Shown piece by piece: positions 33,883 through 37,468 of a DNA stretch of 37,468 bases. Origin of the DNA: a virus (taxonomy: Duplodnaviria > Caudoviricetes); the IMG/VR virus record IMGVR_UViG_3300012232_000030, positions 1 to 37,468 of that record. One strand, 5' to 3'. The notes beneath the pieces are model-generated. The model was not told the origin of the DNA. It did no database searches and saw only the letters and a program-made list of their open reading frames with translations. Each line of letters starts with the position of its first letter. Position 1 is the stretch's first letter. Made by a program: the position numbers and the translations under genes.

Positions 33883-34494
33883 CTACTCAGACTTGGCGAG
33901 CCGCGACGACGCCCACTGAAGGACTTCGTCGTTCATCGCGTCATCCAACGCAGGTGCTTCATACAGCGGCCCATCAGCCACCGCCAGCCCGGACTGATCC
34001 TCACGAACAGCCAGCACACGGGCCCCTACATACGCAGGCGACTCCACCATCGCAAGATGATCGAGAAACGCCCTGGTCACACGGCGGGTCGCCGTACGAC
34101 GATTCAACAAATAGTCCTCCGCCGACTTGCAGAAGTAGCCGATCGACGCCGACACCATGTCATCCGCCGCCAACTCCAACGTGTCATCCCCGCGGGGTGT
34201 CGCCGCAATCTTCAAACGGGCCAGCAGCCCGTCCGAATGGCTGGGATCCAACGAGACGCAACGGCCAACCGTGTCCCCTTTGACATGCTCCCGATTCACC
34301 CTGATCCGGCCCGCATGCTCCTCGATGCCGTTGAACGCGCCCCGAGCGAACGATTCCCGCCACATTTCGCCCCGCCACGGAACCTCCGCCTCCTGATCCC
34401 ACGGAACAGCAATCAGATCAATGATGCGTTGCCGCTGGTTGACGTCGGCGATCACCGAGTCGTTGCGAACCAGGACTTCAAAATCTGGCGTCAT
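33883..34494 (-). CDS. HK97-family prohead protease
   Basis: AVPWD...ESFARGAF...NREH...GR...ASIGY...HLAMVESPAYVGARV. Confidence 0.9.
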   Translation of the reverse strand: MTPDFEVLVRNDSVIADVNQRQRIIDLIAVPWDQEAEVPWRGEMWRESFARGAFNGIEEHAGRIRVNREHVKGDTVGRCVSLDPSHSDGLLARLKIAATPRGDDTLELAADDMVSASIGYFCKSAEDYLLNRRTATRRVTRAFLDHLAMVESPAYVGARVLAVREDQSGLAVADGPLYEAPALDDAMNDEVLQWASSRLAKSE

Positions 34495-35783
34495 GCTGTT
34501 ACGCCCTCCTTCATCGGAGCCGGGGCAGTGGTGCCGCCGGTGATCGCCAAGACAGGGGCGGGCCCGTTCAACCGTTCCGCCGTCCGTACCTCATCCACCG
34601 ACATGATCCCCGCCGCCACCAACTTGACGTAGGCGTCGGCCCGCTCAGCGAACGGCGGCCTCGTATATTCGTCCCTGTTGAGCTCGGCCCGTTGGGTAGA
34701 CGGCAACGCCCAATCCGACACCGCCGCCATCACATGCGCCGCCTTCGTCTTCAACGACGACCGGTCATGAAAATCGAACACCTGCGAAACGTTCGCGTAC
34801 GGCGTCGAATCCTGCCCGGCCTGCGGCAACGCCACCAGATACGGCGGCACACCCAACAGGACCGCGATACGCGCCTCGTTGAACTGGGTGATTTCCATCA
34901 TCGCCATATCCCTCGGCGACATCGACATATGTGTTTTGAGGGTGACGTTGTTGTCGAGCACCGGAGGCGCACCAATGTTCACCGCCCTCGACGCCACCCA
35001 CTGATTCAACAGGTCCTGCGCGTCGTCCTCCGACAACGGCTGATCCGTCTCCAACGTGTAGGCGGGCACCCCGCCCGTCGACACCATCTCACGCACATAC
35101 TTCGCCAAAATGCCGGCGGTCAACATGCGGCCACCAGCCGACTCCAACGGGCCCACACCGTGCGCGCCGTCAGTCGTCGACTTGTAGCGGACATGCAACA
35201 CCTCGCCCGACACGTCCGGACCATGCGAACCACCCAACCGATACTCGCGGACCCCGCCCGACATTTCGACATGCATCATCCACGGCGGCACCACCCGAAA
35301 CGTCAACGGATACCCATCGAACCCCGGCGCCACCGGCAGAACGAACGCTTCACCCAGCATGTAATCCCAAAACAGCTGTTTCGCGAACTCATGCCACGAC
35401 GAATAGATGGTGGGGTCCGGGTTCGACATCCACGACGCCGGCTCGATCACCTGGCCGCCCCTGGTCCGGTACACCGGCATCGCAGACAGGACAGACGCAT
35501 TCAAATCGAGACAGGCCCATGCGACGTCGACGAGCTCGTTGAAACGGGAACCCATATCCCAGTTCGGAGTCATCCACTCGGCCGGCCAACCCGACCACGG
35601 CGACGGCACCGGCAACGGCAACGACCGCGAATACGTCGGCTCAGTGTCGTCGAACTCGACGCCATGCGGATCACCAGGCGACCACCCCGTACCGCCCACC
35701 GTCCCCGGCGCAGGAGGAGGCTCCGTACTGTTGGGCGTGATACCAGACGTGTCACCGAAACCCAGCCAAGTCCAAAAACTCAT
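34491..35783 (-). CDS. Portal protein (HK97 family)
   Basis: VAWACLDL...NPDP...LGEAF...VLHVRY...GVGPLES...IAVLLGVPPYLV...GIMSVDEVR; ATGA overlap with terL. Confidence 0.93.
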   Translation of the reverse strand: MSFWTWLGFGDTSGITPNSTEPPPAPGTVGGTGWSPGDPHGVEFDDTEPTYSRSLPLPVPSPWSGWPAEWMTPNWDMGSRFNELVDVAWACLDLNASVLSAMPVYRTRGGQVIEPASWMSNPDPTIYSSWHEFAKQLFWDYMLGEAFVLPVAPGFDGYPLTFRVVPPWMMHVEMSGGVREYRLGGSHGPDVSGEVLHVRYKSTTDGAHGVGPLESAGGRMLTAGILAKYVREMVSTGGVPAYTLETDQPLSEDDAQDLLNQWVASRAVNIGAPPVLDNNVTLKTHMSMSPRDMAMMEITQFNEARIAVLLGVPPYLVALPQAGQDSTPYANVSQVFDFHDRSSLKTKAAHVMAAVSDWALPSTQRAELNRDEYTRPPFAERADAYVKLVAAGIMSVDEVRTAERLNGPAPVLAITGGTTAPAPMKEGVTA

Positions 35784-37201
35784 CGGCTGGCCTCCTTCGC
35801 CGTCAACACGTGAACCCGCGGCTTCGGCACCGGCATCGCCACAGCCCACAACCCGACCGTCGCCGCAACCAACGCAGTGATATCCACACTCGAATCCCGC
35901 CGAACCCACTTCCAAGCGTCACCAACGAAGCGGCGCCGCACACCCGCCACCGCCTCATCCAACACCTTCGCCCGCTTCACCTGCAACCGGGCCTCCGCCA
36001 CATCATCAAAGAACTGGCCGCACGCCTTCGTCATCTCCGCCCCCGCCACCGGCACCAAACGACGCTCCGGGAACCGTTCGAACACCGACGCCACCGGACC
36101 CGCCGCGTCATACGCCACCCGACCATCCCACCGCTCGAGCAGCTCCCCGAGCCGGGGAACCACCCACTCCACACCAGACCGATACTCGACAACCTCGACG
36201 CGCTTCGCCTCGTCCACCGCGACGATCGCCGCCGAACTGCGTTCCTCATGCACATCCACCCCGAACACGACCCGCCCCGAAGGCGCCACATCCGGCCCAC
36301 ACACCGCATCCCACACCGCCCCAGGGATCAGACGCTCATCCGACCTCGTCGCAATATTCCCGAACGCCCGACGAAACTCGCCCTCCGTCATCGACGGCGA
36401 CTCAGCCGCCGCCCGAATCGCCCGCACCGACTGCGTATGCCCCAACGCCGGCATCCACGACCACCACAAATCCTCATCCGACATGTCCGCACCCTCCGGT
36501 GCCGACCACTCGAAATACGCGATCCCCTCCGTCTTCCCGCCATCCACAGCCGCGCGACCCTTCGCCACCAACTCGTTCAACGGCACCGACGCATCCGTCC
36601 CCGCCGTCGACAACGTAAACATCTGCGCCGAATCCTGCGTGATCATCGCCGGAATCATCGACTGACTGCGCCGCTCATCCGTATCCGCAAAAAACTCGTC
36701 CCGCACCCCCAAATGCAACGTCCGCCCATGCCCCGAATCCTCCGTCGACGCCAACAACGTGATCCTCGAACCGTTATCAAACTCGACCGCCTCATTCCCC
36801 ATCCCCTGCAAAAACCGGCGGATACCCAACTTCGCCTGCCGCGCCTTCAACACCGGCACCTGATCCTCAATCAACTTCTTCCGCGCATCATTCCCCGTCT
36901 GCGCCGAATACGAAATCGCCTGAGGACAACCCCACCCCAACGCCCGCTGAACCTCCCACGCCAACACCAACGTCGTCTTCCCCGACTGGCGAGGAACCGT
37001 GATCACCACATCCCGATACACCGGCAAACCGTCAGAGTCGAGCTCGCCTCCGACGAGCGCCACCTGCCTCTGCCACGGCATCAACGGCAACCCCAACCGC
37101 TCCGCCACGGCGGCGACCTGATGCCCGAACGTGTCCCGACCCGGAGTCCGCGGCGTCGACCACCGGGGTTCGCACCGACACAAGGAACTCGGCCGTGTCA
37201 T
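35780..37201 (-). CDS. terL: Terminase large subunit
   Basis: LMPWQ, Walker A VPRQSGKTT, Walker B GVRDE, LSTAG, nuclease FGVD...DIT; start uncertain (37222/37201/37183). Confidence 0.93.
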   Translation of the reverse strand: MTRPSSLCRCEPRWSTPRTPGRDTFGHQVAAVAERLGLPLMPWQRQVALVGGELDSDGLPVYRDVVITVPRQSGKTTLVLAWEVQRALGWGCPQAISYSAQTGNDARKKLIEDQVPVLKARQAKLGIRRFLQGMGNEAVEFDNGSRITLLASTEDSGHGRTLHLGVRDEFFADTDERRSQSMIPAMITQDSAQMFTLSTAGTDASVPLNELVAKGRAAVDGGKTEGIAYFEWSAPEGADMSDEDLWWSWMPALGHTQSVRAIRAAAESPSMTEGEFRRAFGNIATRSDERLIPGAVWDAVCGPDVAPSGRVVFGVDVHEERSSAAIVAVDEAKRVEVVEYRSGVEWVVPRLGELLERWDGRVAYDAAGPVASVFERFPERRLVPVAGAEMTKACGQFFDDVAEARLQVKRAKVLDEAVAGVRRRFVGDAWKWVRRDSSVDITALVAATVGLWAVAMPVPKPRVHVLTAKEASR

Positions 37202-37409
37202 CGTCAACGACACCAGCACCAACCCCTCTCACCGCATCAATGAACCCGCGGTACTCACGCCACAACGCCGACGACCCAGGCTCCCGATCAACCGCCCACG
37301 CCAACGACAACAGGCCCGCCAACAACGCCTCATCACGCTCGCCGACAACACCAGCCGACCGCAACTCGTCGACAACCTTCGTGGCCGCGTCCAGGTTGGC
37401 ACCCATCAC
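37032..37409 (-). CDS. terS: Terminase small subunit
   Basis: First gene, upstream of and overlapping terL; DEALLAGLLSLAWAVD...LWREYR helical pattern typical of actinophage TerS. Confidence 0.7.
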   Translation of the reverse strand: MMGANLDAATKVVDELRSAGVVGERDEALLAGLLSLAWAVDREPGSSALWREYRGFIDAVRGVGAGVVDDDTAEFLVSVRTPVVDAADSGSGHVRASGRRRGGAVGVAVDAVAEAGGARRRRARL

Positions 37410-37468
37410 GTACCTATGCTCTCCACGGCCTACGCCGTCAAACAGGACTGTGTGTAAATTGGCGAGAG

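Larger units (their letters stand above)
1..37468 (-). mobile_element. Temperate siphovirus-type actinobacteriophage genome, apparently complete (terS at right end, HNH at left end)
   Basis: Complete and canonically ordered packaging, head, tail, lysis, lysogeny and replication modules; WhiB-like gene and high GC point to an actinobacterial host; no host genes at either end. Confidence 0.93.

Noticed and set aside
34692-37243. Long plus-strand ORFs (373 and 477 aa) opposite portal and terL
   Set aside because: His/Arg/Pro-rich reverse-frame artefacts of the strong strand skew
1-37468. tRNA, rRNA or IS elements
   Set aside because: None recognised by eye; tRNAscan-SE/Infernal/ISEScan would be needed to exclude them formally

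Overview
The window looks like an essentially complete ~37.5 kb temperate, long-tailed (siphovirus-type) actinobacteriophage genome. It is high-GC and lies in reverse orientation, with almost all genes on the minus strand. Read from the right end, the order is: terminase small and large subunits, portal, HK97-type prohead protease, major capsid, and head-tail joining genes. Next comes a four-gene glycosyltransferase/methyltransferase cassette inserted in the tail operon, then the major tail protein, a tail assembly chaperone with a -1 frameshift, the tape measure and minor tail genes, and a beta-helix tailspike. After these are an SGNH hydrolase, an amidase endolysin with about six small membrane proteins, and a second structural/adhesion module (DUF4038-like glycoside hydrolase and a 984-aa LamG/repeat protein). 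A plus-strand lysogeny module follows (XRE repressor ending in an ssrA-like LAA tag, short tyrosine integrase, membrane protein). The early/replication genes are an Xis/Cro-like HTH, a secreted Thr-rich protein, a PD-(D/E)xK nuclease, a DNA methyltransferase, a WhiB-like protein, an exonuclease, an SSB-like protein and an AAA helicase containing a probable origin. A terminal HNH endonuclease sits next to the presumed cos junction. The strongest leads are: (1) a probable virion glycosylation-plus-methylation cassette with an unusual switch-like repeat leader; (2) probable integration-dependent immunity using a non-tRNA attP inside the repressor gene; (3) a host-like surface protein that stops exactly at a degenerate sortase motif; and (4) an origin with DnaA boxes inside a primase-less helicase that ends in an SSB-tail mimic. 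All product calls come from motif recognition and synteny by eye; no database searches were run.
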